The notes under the pieces were generated by a model. The model was not told where the DNA came from. It was given only the letters and a program-made list of their open reading frames with translations, and searched no databases. DNA of 63,065 bases, counting the filler, from Polymyxa betae A26-41 (lineage: Eukaryota; Protista; Endomyxa: Phytomyxea), in NCBI GenBank assembly GCA_003693705.1. It is 8 parts of 8 records of this genome, joined end to end, with 100 filler letters (N's around TTAATTAATTAA, not from the genome) between each part and the next. Parts side by side here need not be neighbours in the genome. Positions count along the whole stretch, not along the records: positions 48,093 to 54,152 come from RBZT01000976.1; positions 54,253 to 58,150 come from RBZT01000335.1; positions 58,251 to 63,065 come from RBZT01000070.1; 5 more parts are not named here. One strand, given 5' to 3'. Position 1 is the first letter of the stretch. The number at the start of each line of letters is the position of its first letter. The position numbers and the translations under genes are program-made. Below are positions 49,022 through 60,076 of this stretch, piece by piece.

Positions 49022-50128
49022 TCAGACTAATAAATAGCTATCTGCGATGCTTTTAAACTCATCGTACAGAACAACATCATGAATATCCAATTTTGAATCT
49101 GTCAGAACCGGTTCGGTCAGCGATTTCTGCAATAAACAGAGCAACGGTCGCAAATCTAACCGAAATTGGGACATAATGGATAGTTGAGACACAGTCATGT
49201 CCGAGATACGTTTCATATCAACAGCTCCAGGAAACCGTAAAAGACAATCCAGCAGGTCACGGCGTCCGAATTTGATCACCACCTGACAGGACAGATACAT
49301 AAAACGCGGACCCATTTGCGATACAAATCTGCCCGCCAGAGGACGGTATCGTAACACTTCAACCATGAGGTCATGCCGGCCCTGGACCATAAGTAGTAGA
49401 TAGTCACCAGAAAAGTGAGAACGGCGCAGATAAGGAGCCATAATGCGGAATTCTTGACATGTTAAATGTGGCCATGATAAAATATCCAGATTAAATATCA
49501 CACCTACTTGTAAAAGTGCGCATAATAGTCCGGAGTTGCCACGGATAAGCTCGCTGTGTTCCCGGTGAATCAAATCGCGAACTTTTTTACAGTCTGGAAA
49601 TGATTGCTGCAGATATTCTGGTAGTACTCGACGAAATTTGTTGAAAGCGATATTGGTGTTGGTGCGTGTATGCATAATATCTACAATACATTGTGGGATA
49701 TTATTAATAATAGAAGCATCATATGCAGGAGTAAGAATATCATTAATAAGAGCGATATCAGCACGATCACAGCTCTTATCATACATAAATGATCCGATCA
49801 TGAATTCGGCAACATATTGACAGTCACATTCATGGATGAAGAACTTCACCGAATTTTTGGAGAGTTTCTCTACAGACTTCCCTAAATTCGAATAAATACT
49901 GCGAGAGAATGATGACATTGGGCTCGGTCAGTTTTTGCATCAAAATATGAAAATATTTCTCATCTGCTCGACTTCGCTCGATAACTCGAGATAAAGATCC
50001 GAGAAATTGTTTTCCGGTAATATCGGGCTCAAAAATCTGTTGAGCGCTGAGCTCAGAAAGTCGATTTCGAACCAGGCCGAGGCTCTAAGAGGACACAAGA
50101 GACATACAAGCAAGGGAATGAAGATCAT
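49022..50128 (-). pseudogene. Putative secreted protein, paralog of 52460-53725, with two compensating frameshifts
   Basis: Signal peptide MIFIPLLVCLLCPLRASA; ELIRGNSGLLCALLQVGVIFNLDILSWPHLT aligns with HLVRGNAEYLAALSQIGVVFSLDIDAWPDLT; the middle segment ILMQKLTEPNVIIL lies in a shifted frame. Confidence 0.75.
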
Positions 50129-51051
50129 GACGCAGATAGTCGCAGACCAAGGTCAGAGTTTGATAGAGCGATGCAGGGACGTCATTATCTATGGATGCGG
50201 CAACAGTCCAGCATATAACCATACAGATTAGACAGATAACGATGTTCGACCACATTAAGAGGCGTCTACCTAAAAATCGCAGTGCGACAAGCAGCGGTGG
50301 GCTGCGCCCCGAATACAAAAATGTGCGGTCATACCGTATTTCTCATCATTTATTGGTGCTCTCTCTCTTTCTTCATTGAATATATTCTTGAATTATCGAG
50401 TTTTGTTCAACAAAATAAGAGCAAAGAGCACGTAAATGAGCAGTTTGTTATCGGGATCCGACGAATTCCGGAAACGATTGCCCAAGCGAAAGGTTTCAAT
50501 AACGTACTGAAAACCATCTACCAGACTGGTAAAAAGATCGCTTCATGCAATAATATATCCGGACTTTAATGTCAATTGAGGAGGATTACTGGATAATTTT
50601 CTCAGGGAATATAATATTTTGATATCATACCCGACATACCGTACCAGCTTACGCACAAAGGTCCATTGTAGTAAAGATATCCGTAAATTCATCCAAATTG
50701 CCTGTACCGGTATGACGGGTATGTATGAGAGAAATAACTGACATCATGCGTGAAAGAAATCGACCCAGGAAAATTCCGGGACAGGGGGCGGCTTCTTAAA
50801 AAGTTTTTGAATTCAAGCCTCGATCGTGTAAAATCAATACTGTTAGCCAGAACAGCATGATCACGCTAGTGTGCCCTCTTCCGGCGGAAGTGACGTCAAC
50901 AAGATTCTCATCCAAGATGAGTGAATCCTCCATCAGCTCTCTACGATCTGATACTTTACTAATAATACAATTCCATTTCTTTAGTGATATCATTACTCTC
51001 AAATCTTCCTCGCCTCACTTTAGAATCTATGCCGCGTTACAAATACGGCAA

Positions 51052-51117
51052 GCTCTGCTAGCTCAGTTGGTTGGTCTAATAAGCCAAAGGTCGTCGGTTC
51101 GAGCCCGGCGCGGAGCA
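51052..51117 (+). pseudogene. tRNA-Ile (AAT) lacking the 3' half of the D-arm
   Basis: Acceptor GCTCTGC/GCGGAGC, anticodon arm TTGGT-CT AAT AA-GCCAA and T-loop GGTTCGAGCC are present; only 66 nt long. Confidence 0.8.
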
Positions 51118-51180
51118 TTTCTTTTTCGGTTTTGCAAGCGAATTTTGTTGCTTGACCAAGAATAGGGGGTATCAAACATG

Positions 51181-51593
51181 GCGTGAGACTAAACAGAGCG
51201 CTCCGGGGGCCGCGCTTCGCTCTGGCAGGCAGCGGAGTTTCGTCGGGACTTAGATTTTTTTGGAAGTCAGGAACTCAATTCACTGAAAAAACATCGCCTG
51301 CGTGGCACTCGAACTCTAAACTTGACAGCTGCAAACACGATATGTATTCTTCCCACCAGACCACGTTGCCGCAGAATTGGAATTTGCTTTCGGGAGGTAG
51401 AATTCACCTAACGCCATTAAAAAAAAAACCTAAAACAAGTCCCTAGAAAACACCCTAAGAAAAGCCCCTAAAAAGCCCCCTAAAAAAGGCCCCTAAAGGC
51501 CCCTAAAAAAGCCATAAAAAGGTATTTACCAGCCACACAGACTGGCAGCCACTAATAGGCGCGGCCCCCGGAGCGCTCTGTTTAGTCATTCGC
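51181..51593. mobile_element. 413-bp MITE, Mutator/MULE-like
   Basis: 29-bp perfect inverted repeat GACTAAACAGAGCGCTCCGGGGGCCGCGC inside GCG termini; exact 10-bp TSD ATCAAACATG (51171-51180 and 51594-51603). Confidence 0.92.
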
Positions 51594-52459
51594 ATCAAAC
51601 ATGCGCTTTCCGTAGCTTTTAACTTTTAACTGGGAAACTGTGGCGCGGCCTGCTGCGCGTCTGTCGACAGACTGAAGTAGTTTCCCGGACGGGCTCAGGC
51701 CACGCGAGCGTCAAATTTATTGATGCGGCACGTGCGCACGTCCTTGACCGCTGCTAGCTGTTTTGTCAAAGTTGCATTGGGCTGCTTGCGTCTGAGCGAA
51801 CCACTTCATCGACTTGCATAGGCTGTGTACTTCAAACTTCGGAAGCCAGGGTTTAGGATTTAGGGTTTAGAGTTTGTTGAGTCGGGTGGCACTACAAACA
51901 GTTTTTTAATACAACAGAAGTTTTTCGTATTTTTGTTTGTGTCTCCGCATTGCCCAGTTTGCATCCTGATTTTTGTTCGCAGATTTTAACAAAAACTTTT
52001 CAAACGATAATAAATATTGATGCAGTCTATTCAGAGAGCGAGAATAACAATTTAACAGCTCTTTTAACAGCTCTGACCGTGCTTCGATCGATTACATTTC
52101 TATCATGAAAGCAAAAACTATGCATCCTGCCTTGAAGTTTCCCTCTGCTAAAAATCGCCGCAAGCTATGTGCAGAATCATACAGTTTTACTCGTGCTAAA
52201 ACAAAAGGGATATGGACATAGGAGTATAATGAAGGCAAGTGATTTAAAAAAATGGCATGTATGCATTGATTTATGTGATTGTATCATGCAATATCGTGAT
52301 TTTCCAATTGATGTAAATGTCATAGATATTGAGGTCTTGCAGGAATTTCATGACATAGAGCTTGTTGTAACTGTTCGTAAAGCTGAAATAGAAGACGATA
52401 ATCAGGAAGTGTAAAGCCGGGATATTCAGCTATGTATCATATGAATATATGAACTCACA

Positions 52460-53725
52460 CTATTGCAAATGAGTGTCAAGAGACATACCTAACTTAACAA
52501 CAGCATCAGCAAGAAATTTGTCAGGAGAGTTATGTCCAGCAAGCACTAGAATTCTGGAATATATCTGTGGAGTGCCTAGAAAGCAATCCAATACATCTGG
52601 TAATTCGTATTCAAGAACCAGATGACAGAATAGATACAGTACAGTAGGATAGATATCAATACAATATCGTACCAGAGATCTATGTCGAAATATCTCCAAG
52701 AGCAGGTCACGTTTACCCATGATGATTAACCGAGGAATCAATGTGATAAAATCTGTACCACGAAGATATGGGCCCATAACACGTAACTCCGCTGGAGTTA
52801 AATCAGGCCATGCGTCAATATCGAGAGAGAATACAACTCCTATTTGAGAAAGAGCAGCGAGATATTCCGCATTACCACGAACGAGATGAGGGCGACACTT
52901 TAGGATCAGTTCACGAATTTGATGAACGTTCGGGATCGTTTGTAGGGACTCCGGAAGAACAAATTCTTTGTTCTCGAATTGAGAATTAGGGGATATTTCG
53001 CCGATACTTAAACAAACAACGGCGGGAATCTTTGATAGCACTGATGGATCGAAATGAGGCTTTAGAACCGTAAGCATCAGAGCCATATCAGCACGTCGGA
53101 TCATATAAACGTTCATATATTCTCCAATCATGAATCCAGCCAAAGATTTACATTGACATTGATTAATGAGGAAATTGACGGCATCATAGACCATCTTAAA
53201 ATTAAAAGAGTTACATGTACAAAGACGTCGTGCCAAATAAATGACATTGGATGGTGTTAATTGACGCCTCAATACTGTCATGACATTGCGAGATTGGAGA
53301 CATTGAGAAATAATATGAAGATGGTGAAGAAATTCATAATCACCTAGACTGGGATCAAGCATATTCTCAACATCTAAACCTGCCTTGATATCGCGAAGTC
53401 TCTCACTGACAAGTTCATTACAGAATTTGGAAGTGAGAGAGAATTGTGCCAGACTATTGGGATCATCTGAAATATAAGTTGATATAGACTCTAGAACTTT
53501 CCAAATATTGTGATTAACGGATGGAATATTGGCAGTAGGCTCCAATACAACTTCTCCTTGATCATCAGAAATGGATGGAGATACTATAGAGGAGGCAGCA
53601 GGTTCGGAATATTGTACAGGCTCAAGCAGCCTATGGAGGCTGATCTTGGAGTGGTTCCGACAGAACAAGGCCCCAGGCAGATACAGCATGGTAGCCATGG
53701 TGATCAGAATGATACTAGAGCGCAT
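52460..53725 (-). CDS. Putative secreted protein with F-box-like motif (candidate effector)
   Basis: Intact 421-aa ORF; signal peptide MRSSIILITMATMLYLPGALF; IWKVLESISTYISDDPNSLAQFSLTSKFCNELV resembles an F-box; paralog at 49022-50128. Confidence 0.8.
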   Translation of the reverse strand: MRSSIILITMATMLYLPGALFCRNHSKISLHRLLEPVQYSEPAASSIVSPSISDDQGEVVLEPTANIPSVNHNIWKVLESISTYISDDPNSLAQFSLTSKFCNELVSERLRDIKAGLDVENMLDPSLGDYEFLHHLHIISQCLQSRNVMTVLRRQLTPSNVIYLARRLCTCNSFNFKMVYDAVNFLINQCQCKSLAGFMIGEYMNVYMIRRADMALMLTVLKPHFDPSVLSKIPAVVCLSIGEISPNSQFENKEFVLPESLQTIPNVHQIRELILKCRPHLVRGNAEYLAALSQIGVVFSLDIDAWPDLTPAELRVMGPYLRGTDFITLIPRLIIMGKRDLLLEIFRHRSLVRYCIDIYPTVLYLFCHLVLEYELPDVLDCFLGTPQIYSRILVLAGHNSPDKFLADAVVKLGMSLDTHLQ

Positions 53726-53780
53726 TGTTGTATGACGAGATGAGAGAGATTGTATAATCGATGATGTAGGAGTGTGAGAG

Positions 53781-53783
<3 letters not shown>

Positions 53784-53813
<30 letters not shown>
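53784..53813. repeat. (GA)n microsatellite upstream of the F-box-like gene
   Basis: About 14 GA units; a shorter tract lies at about 42954-42971. Confidence 0.9.
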
Positions 53814-53816
<3 letters not shown>

Positions 53817-53990
53817 TCGTGAAACTGCGTGATTGATCATGATTAATTGTACAGATTAATCGCGAATTTGGAATATTTAATTTACAATTCTTCCTACATA
53901 TTCGCAAAAGACTTTTTTATGTTTCTCACAACATAAACTACAAGTGTGAAGCGTACAAACTGTTGCAGATTCTCTTTCCATTTATTGTTA

Positions 53991-54152
53991 TGTGATGGAT
54001 CTACGAGGAGACAAGAGACGAGAGAGAGGGGAACACGACTGATTTTATTCGCAGGGTCGGATCCAGCATGGTCAGTGCTGGAGCTGGAACGCCGCGACGG
54101 ACTTGGAGATTAGGGACTGAGAGGTATGTAGGGTTTTAAGACGACGCCAAGC
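53991..54152 (-). mobile_element. Probable LTR end of another family, cut by gap
   Basis: Abrupt TG-initiated purine-rich segment with TTTATT (minus-strand AATAAA), similar in layout to family A. Confidence 0.4.
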
Positions 54153-54899
54153 NNNNNNNNNNNNNNNNNNNNNNNNNNNNNNNNNNNNNNNNNNNNTTAA
54201 TTAATTAANNNNNNNNNNNNNNNNNNNNNNNNNNNNNNNNNNNNNNNNNNNNGGTAAGCATCATTTCGTAAAGAAACTTAAAAAAGATGGATTTAAAAGT
54301 GTTAGAAAACAGGTTAATAATCAGAGAAATTATTATATTCAAAATTGATAATTATATATTTATTTTGGGGGTGTTTAACTGGGATCATCTCGGTTGCGCA
54401 CCCCTTTTTACATGTGGTTATATGAATTAAATTAAAGTGGGGATTTTGGGGGCGCGCAGATTTATTTTGCGCGCAGTTATAGGAGTAAATAACGGATTGA
54501 TTGCGGATTAATGCGCGTGATTGAATGATATTTTCAAAAAATATTTCAAAAATATCGGGATTAATCCTTAAAACCATTACAGATAAATCGCCCCTGACTT
54601 GAAAAGGTCATTTAATGTGATATTTTTGAAACTTTTTTCAAAAATATCACGTTATAAGACCCTATAACGTGATATTTTTGGATTTGATTTTTCAATAATA
54701 TCATTGTGGTATGGGTGGTATTCAAGTAAAACTTCATCACATTTTTCGTCGTGATTCATGCCGTGAGGTCAGCGAGCGACAGTGTTCGCATCAGTGTCTG
54801 CTACAACTTAACCGACACTTCATGCAGTCGCGTCGAAAACTACACCTTTACAAAATTATTGGGTTTTAAGGCCAGAGCAAGGACTTTCCCACAAAAAAA

Positions 54900-55691
54900 A
54901 TGGTTGCAAAACTTGGGATGGTAAGGGGTCGGGTCTGGTCGGGTTTTACAAATACCCAACCAGATATGATCGGGTTAACCAAGGGCCCGACTCGGTCGGG
55001 TCGCGTTACGACCCGGGCTGACTGGAAAACATTCTAATAAACTTTCAACGCATGAGCTTGCGGCATCTGTGAGAGACAGACTCATCAATCGTATACTCGT
55101 CTGTGTTTCTTGTCAGAAAAGTCCAGCAAATGGATTCAGATTGCCAATTCGTTGACCTCGAGCATGATGATGCAAGTGACGTCGGACAATACGTTCTGAT
55201 TCTGGTGTCGAATTGCTGCTGGATCTGTCGAAAACCAATTTACAGTTAAAGCCAACGATGGCACTTTCAGCTGCCAACTTTGTAATGCCAAGAAGATGTC
55301 CGCGCACTGGTCAGTTCGAAGTACATTAAATTTCCGGCGCCACTTGGTGAAGTTGCATCCGAATGAGTTCGGAAAGAAGGAATTCGATTCTTCCCAATCG
55401 AATCGCGATCATCATTGATTTTCCGAATTCAATCGAACGTCATTGTCAAACTCGGAATTTTCGTCTAGCGACAAGGGTTATGTCGACAAGAAGTTAGTAG
55501 ATTGGACTGCTAACCATAGTCAATCTCTTTCGGTCGTTGAGCATCGAGATTTTCTTGAGTTCGCAATCCTTTACGTCCGGAATACAAGATCCATCAAGAA
55601 GCACAATAGGAGCGCGCTTCATTTCAAGATGGGAAGATGAAAAGAAAGTGTTGCGTTTCTCGCTCCGGGAAGTGGTTACGATTCAGAACGA
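54900..55691 (+). mobile_element. hAT transposon 5' fragment with BED zinc finger
   Basis: Subterminal TCGGGT/ACCCG repeats; FSCQLCNAKK..STLNFRRHLVKLHP; KLVDWTANHSQSLSVVEHRDF; interrupted by the Copia LTR. Confidence 0.75.
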
Positions 55692-57810
55692 TGTGAGCTA
55701 AACACAATCAATAACAGAATGAACGTATTATATAAGGAAGTCAGCGTTTTATAGATGCCCCAATTAGGGCCGGCTCCATATACCTAGAAACTATTTGGCG
55801 GAGTTTACATGTACAGTGGCTGCTGCCCAGCCGGCACTGTACTGCCAGTGGAGAGAAAGTACGTGTCGGAGTTTTCCATCTGCACTGGAGGGCTTGAAGT
55901 CTCATGGCTGTCAGTTAATGTAGGATACTAGTCGAGCAGCAACACGTATCGTAGACGAGATTGGATTCCTGCTCAACACCCCCCCTCAATCCCGTCGCAG
56001 GTACTGCAATTAAACCTAAACGCTTCCGACATTCAGTGATTCGCTGTGAACAAGCCGGCTTTGTCAAAACATCGGCAAGCTGTCGATCGCTTGGGAAATA
56101 ACGGATATCAATGCCCCTGAGCTCAACGTGGTCTCAGATATGATGATAACGAACATCGATATGTTTGGTGCTGTCATCCGTTCGGCGATGTTTCGAAATT
56201 GCGATACAGCCTTGATTGTCTTCGTGATTGGTGGTTGGACCTTGAGAAATATTGAGTTTTGTTAGTACCCCTCTAATCCATAAGGCTGGTTTGACTGCCT
56301 CGCTCATGGCCATATATTCGGCTTCTGTTGATGTCAGAGCTGTTTGTCTTTGAAGGCGGCTCTTCCATGCGATTTTAGAGCCATACAGGATCGAGGAAAA
56401 CGTACCCTGTTGTGGACCTTCGTTTTGTTTTGTCGCCAGCATAATCACTGTCGCAATGTCTCAGAAGCGGACTGCGGGACCGTCAGCACCACAGTCATTG
56501 CTTTTGAATCAGAGACCGCATTTGGAAGTGCCTTTGAGATATCGTAGTACACTTGTTGCGGCAGTCCAATGAGCTCGACTTGGGTTGTGGATGAACCGGC
56601 TCAGGATTGAAACTGCAGTCGATAAGTCGGGGCGTGTACATGTGGAAATCCAATTGAAAGCACCGACTAGTTCTCGGTATGGTACCGATATCATTTGTTT
56701 CCTATCCTCTATTCAAGATGGGCATTGATCATCGGAAAAATAATGTGCTGTCTGAAGTGGCGTTTGCTTTTCATTAGATTCTTTCATTCCGAACTTGTCA
56801 TCAGCTCCTCAATGCATGCCTCTTGGTCCAAGGATATCCCCATTCTTTCGATCGAAACTCTGATTCCCAAAAGTCTCGACGGTTGACCTATATCCGTATC
56901 GGGAATCTTTGAGAGATTCGTTTTAAGAAACTGTTGAGCGTATCCGGGCAGCTATAAGCGTCTGTGGACAGGACGACAATAAATGTGATACTGTTTTGGT
57001 TTGCCATATACAGACAGGGATCCTTGACGGATCGTGTTAATCCAATTTCTCGTGTCAGAAACTCGTTTATCGTCCGGTTCCATACATGTCCAGCCTGTTT
57101 AAGGCCATATAAACTCTTTTTAACTTGCATACCAACTTGGGTTGGGCTCCCTCAAGTCCTTCAGGTTGAACCATGTATATCTCCTCTGGGAGCTCAGATT
57201 GAAGAAAGGCAAAACAACATCGAGCTGCATCAGTGAAAGCTTTTCCTTTGCAGCAATCGCAAACACCATTCGAAGTGTGTCAAGTCATGCAACAGGAGAG
57301 AACGTTTTATCGTAATCGATACCAGGTCTTTGGGAAAAACCTCGTATACCTAGGCGTGCCTTGAACTTGTCTATCGAGCCATCTTCTCTTGACATGACCT
57401 GAAACACCCATTTGGAAGTGATTGCCTTTCGACCTGGAGGCAGCGTGCACAGTTCCCATGTCTGATTGCTTGTAAGGTTGAGGAACTCATTGTTGATAGC
57501 CTCTTGCCAGTGACTGCTATAGCGGTTGTTTGGACGTAATGCTTCTTGAAGGGTTTCAGGTACTTTAATGCCGGACGCTAACCGCTGGCCAGGTTCTTGG
57601 AGCTGCTCGGCTGAAAATAATTTCCACCACTCTCCAGGAGAACGTCGCTACCGGGTGGATCTGCGTGGCTGACGGCAAGGAGAGTCATCTCTTGAGTCAG
57701 TTTCGCTTGGGGACTCGGAGCTGTTCCCCTCAGAATCTTGGTTAGATCCCTGAACAGAAATCGGGTGGGATGACTCAAAGCTGTCAGATTCATTTCCCGC
57801 GGAATGTGCA
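55692..57810 (-). mobile_element. Ty1/Copia 3' half: RT, RNase H, PPT and 3' LTR (55692-55978)
   Basis: SKWVF..KFKARL..GFSQRPGIDY, KSLYGLKQAG, TRPDLS, STEAEY, EDNQGCI, KHIDVRYH; PPT GAGGGGGGG then TGTTGAGC...GCTCACA. Confidence 0.93.
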
Positions 57811-58150
57811 TGTTAGGATCGAGTAAAAAGTCCCCTTTTATTGGTTAGATAAGCGGAGCGATGACTCGGGAGCAGAGTGTAGGACGCGGGGGACCGGTGT
57901 CCTGCAACGGAGCGACGTCAGGGAGTCCTCGGAGGCGGAGCGGCGGGGCACGGAGTGGAGCGGAGAGAGGGTCGGAGTGGAGCGGTGAGGGGATCGTAGT
58001 GGAGCGTAGGAAGGACGTACGGAGCGGTGCCGGTGAGACGGAGGCGGAGCGGAGACGAAGGTCGGAGGGGAGTCGGAGGTGAGGCGAGGCGAGAGAACGA
58101 AGCAATAGAGAGTCGGAGACGAGATGAGAAACGTATGAATTTTGGAGTTG
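57811..58150 (-). mobile_element. Partial LTR, family A, nested in the Copia element
   Basis: Near-identical to 34418-34757, starting TGTTAGGATCGAG. Confidence 0.88.
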
Positions 58151-58270
58151 NNNNNNNNNNNNNNNNNNNNNNNNNNNNNNNNNNNNNNNNNNNNTTAATT
58201 AATTAANNNNNNNNNNNNNNNNNNNNNNNNNNNNNNNNNNNNNNNNNNNNGACCCCATCTCGTCCTCTCA

Positions 58271-60076
58271 AATTCGTGCATATTCGACGCTTATATGTGG
58301 AACTGGGCTCGTAGCAGCGTTTGCGATGATCCCGTGTTCATCGCTCACTGCATTAGTACTGCATGTGGCGAAGAGCTTCGCTGGCCTAACACTAATGAAC
58401 GAAGAGAGCTTGGTAGAGTTCTTCCTCAATTTCCAGGCTGTATCGGGTTCATTGATGGAACCTTATGCAAAATTCGAAAGCCGGAAAACGACGAGGAGGA
58501 GAGAGGATGGTATAACGGCAGGAAGATTCATTGTTTCAACAACACTGTGGTCGTTGATCACAATGGTCTTTTTATTTACATTGATCCAGGATATCCTGGA
58601 TCCTTCCATGATGTCAACATTCTCCGACAGTCTGAGCTGGATGAAAATTGGAGAGAGCATTTCACCCATAGCGATGAGACGTACCAAGAATACGTCCTGG
58701 GAGATCCTGGGTATATGGGTAGGCTTCTGCGAATTGAAATTTCAAATCTCAAAGAAATCGTTTTAGGTCACGATATGTATATAATGCGGCGCGCGTAAAT
58801 AATCGTGAGCGGAGCGACGAAAATGTCCCTGGGGCCAATAACGCAGTCAACAAAATGCATGCAGGAGAGAGAATTGCGGTTGAATGGGGTATTGGCGGTA
58901 TGAAACGGAAATGGAAACGCCTTATGGAAGGCTTTGACAATACTAAAGAGAAGTTTGCCGACGTCTTTTTTGCTGCATCAATCCTAACAAACTTCCTGCA
59001 CCGTCGACGTCAGAATTTTCGAATGGAAATCGAAAGGGATGGACGTCCCGGCGTAGGATGGGGATACGACTTCTAAATACCGTTTAGTTTAGAATTGAGG
59101 ATCGTTTATTGTTATTAATACAAATGTTGTTTATTTACAAGTTAAGCAAAGCAGCTGGTTTTTCTTTCATTTGGACCTCTGTAATAAGGCCCATTTTGAA
59201 CCCCGATCGTAATTTTGCAAGTTCGACAAGCTGGCTTTTACTTTCAAGGTTTGCTTTAAAAGCCGACGATGTTGATTCAAAATTCTCTGCCAGTTTTTGA
59301 ACCGACTGTGTATGCGCCTGCCTAAGGCCAAGGCGGGTGGCCTTAGAAGTGATTACTGTATCGGATTCGGGACGTTCACCAGCTGCTGCAATCCCAGCAG
59401 AATCCTCGCTAGGGATTCTTTTGTTAATGATAGCGTCTCTTTTGGCAAGCATCACCTTTGATGCATAGCCATTAGTTAATTTTAAGCGTTTCTTCACATC
59501 ATCGTCTTGCAGCGCTCCCTTATCATTGCCTTCATTTTGACGTACCTGTCTTCAATTCCTTTAAGGAATCACGGACGTAGCGTTTCAAATTGATCCATAT
59601 CGTGGGCTTCAGGATGCTCCTTCACCAAATCCTCGAGCATCTATATCAATAGATTCAATTGGAAAGCCAACGCATTACTCTTAAACAAACGAGTTTCCAA
59701 ACCGGCCGTGGAATGAGCTGCGAAGTTTTTTTTCGGTTTTGGCAGTAATCAGAGAAATGCCGGTGATATGAGCAAACTAAGGCAGCCAAATGGGCAGTTT
59801 CCACCTGCTGTGGCTTCTTCCTTACTTTACTATCAGAAACAGCAGCAGATTCATCACTTTTTGCAGAGTTCATTTCGATATCAATAGTGGCATCCATTGG
59901 AAACATACAAACTCGGTGTGAGACTGGGAAGACACCGACTCTCGATAGTCTTCCCAGTTTCACTCCGAGTTTGTATGACTGGTTGTCTCATTGAGAGGCC
60001 GCTGTCAGAATCAAACAGAGTTTGCACACAACTCAGGGCAGCGGCACAGACTTCAAGGCAATTTACGGAAAGGTTT
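58271..60076. mobile_element. PIF/Harbinger-type element, copy 3: transposase (+, to 59076) and convergent ORF2 (-, 59135-59897)
   Basis: GCIGFIDGT, PGSFHD, LGDPGY (intron about 58719-58768), RIAVEWGIGGMKRKW; right TIR TTTACGGAAAGGTTT followed by AGT. Confidence 0.9.
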
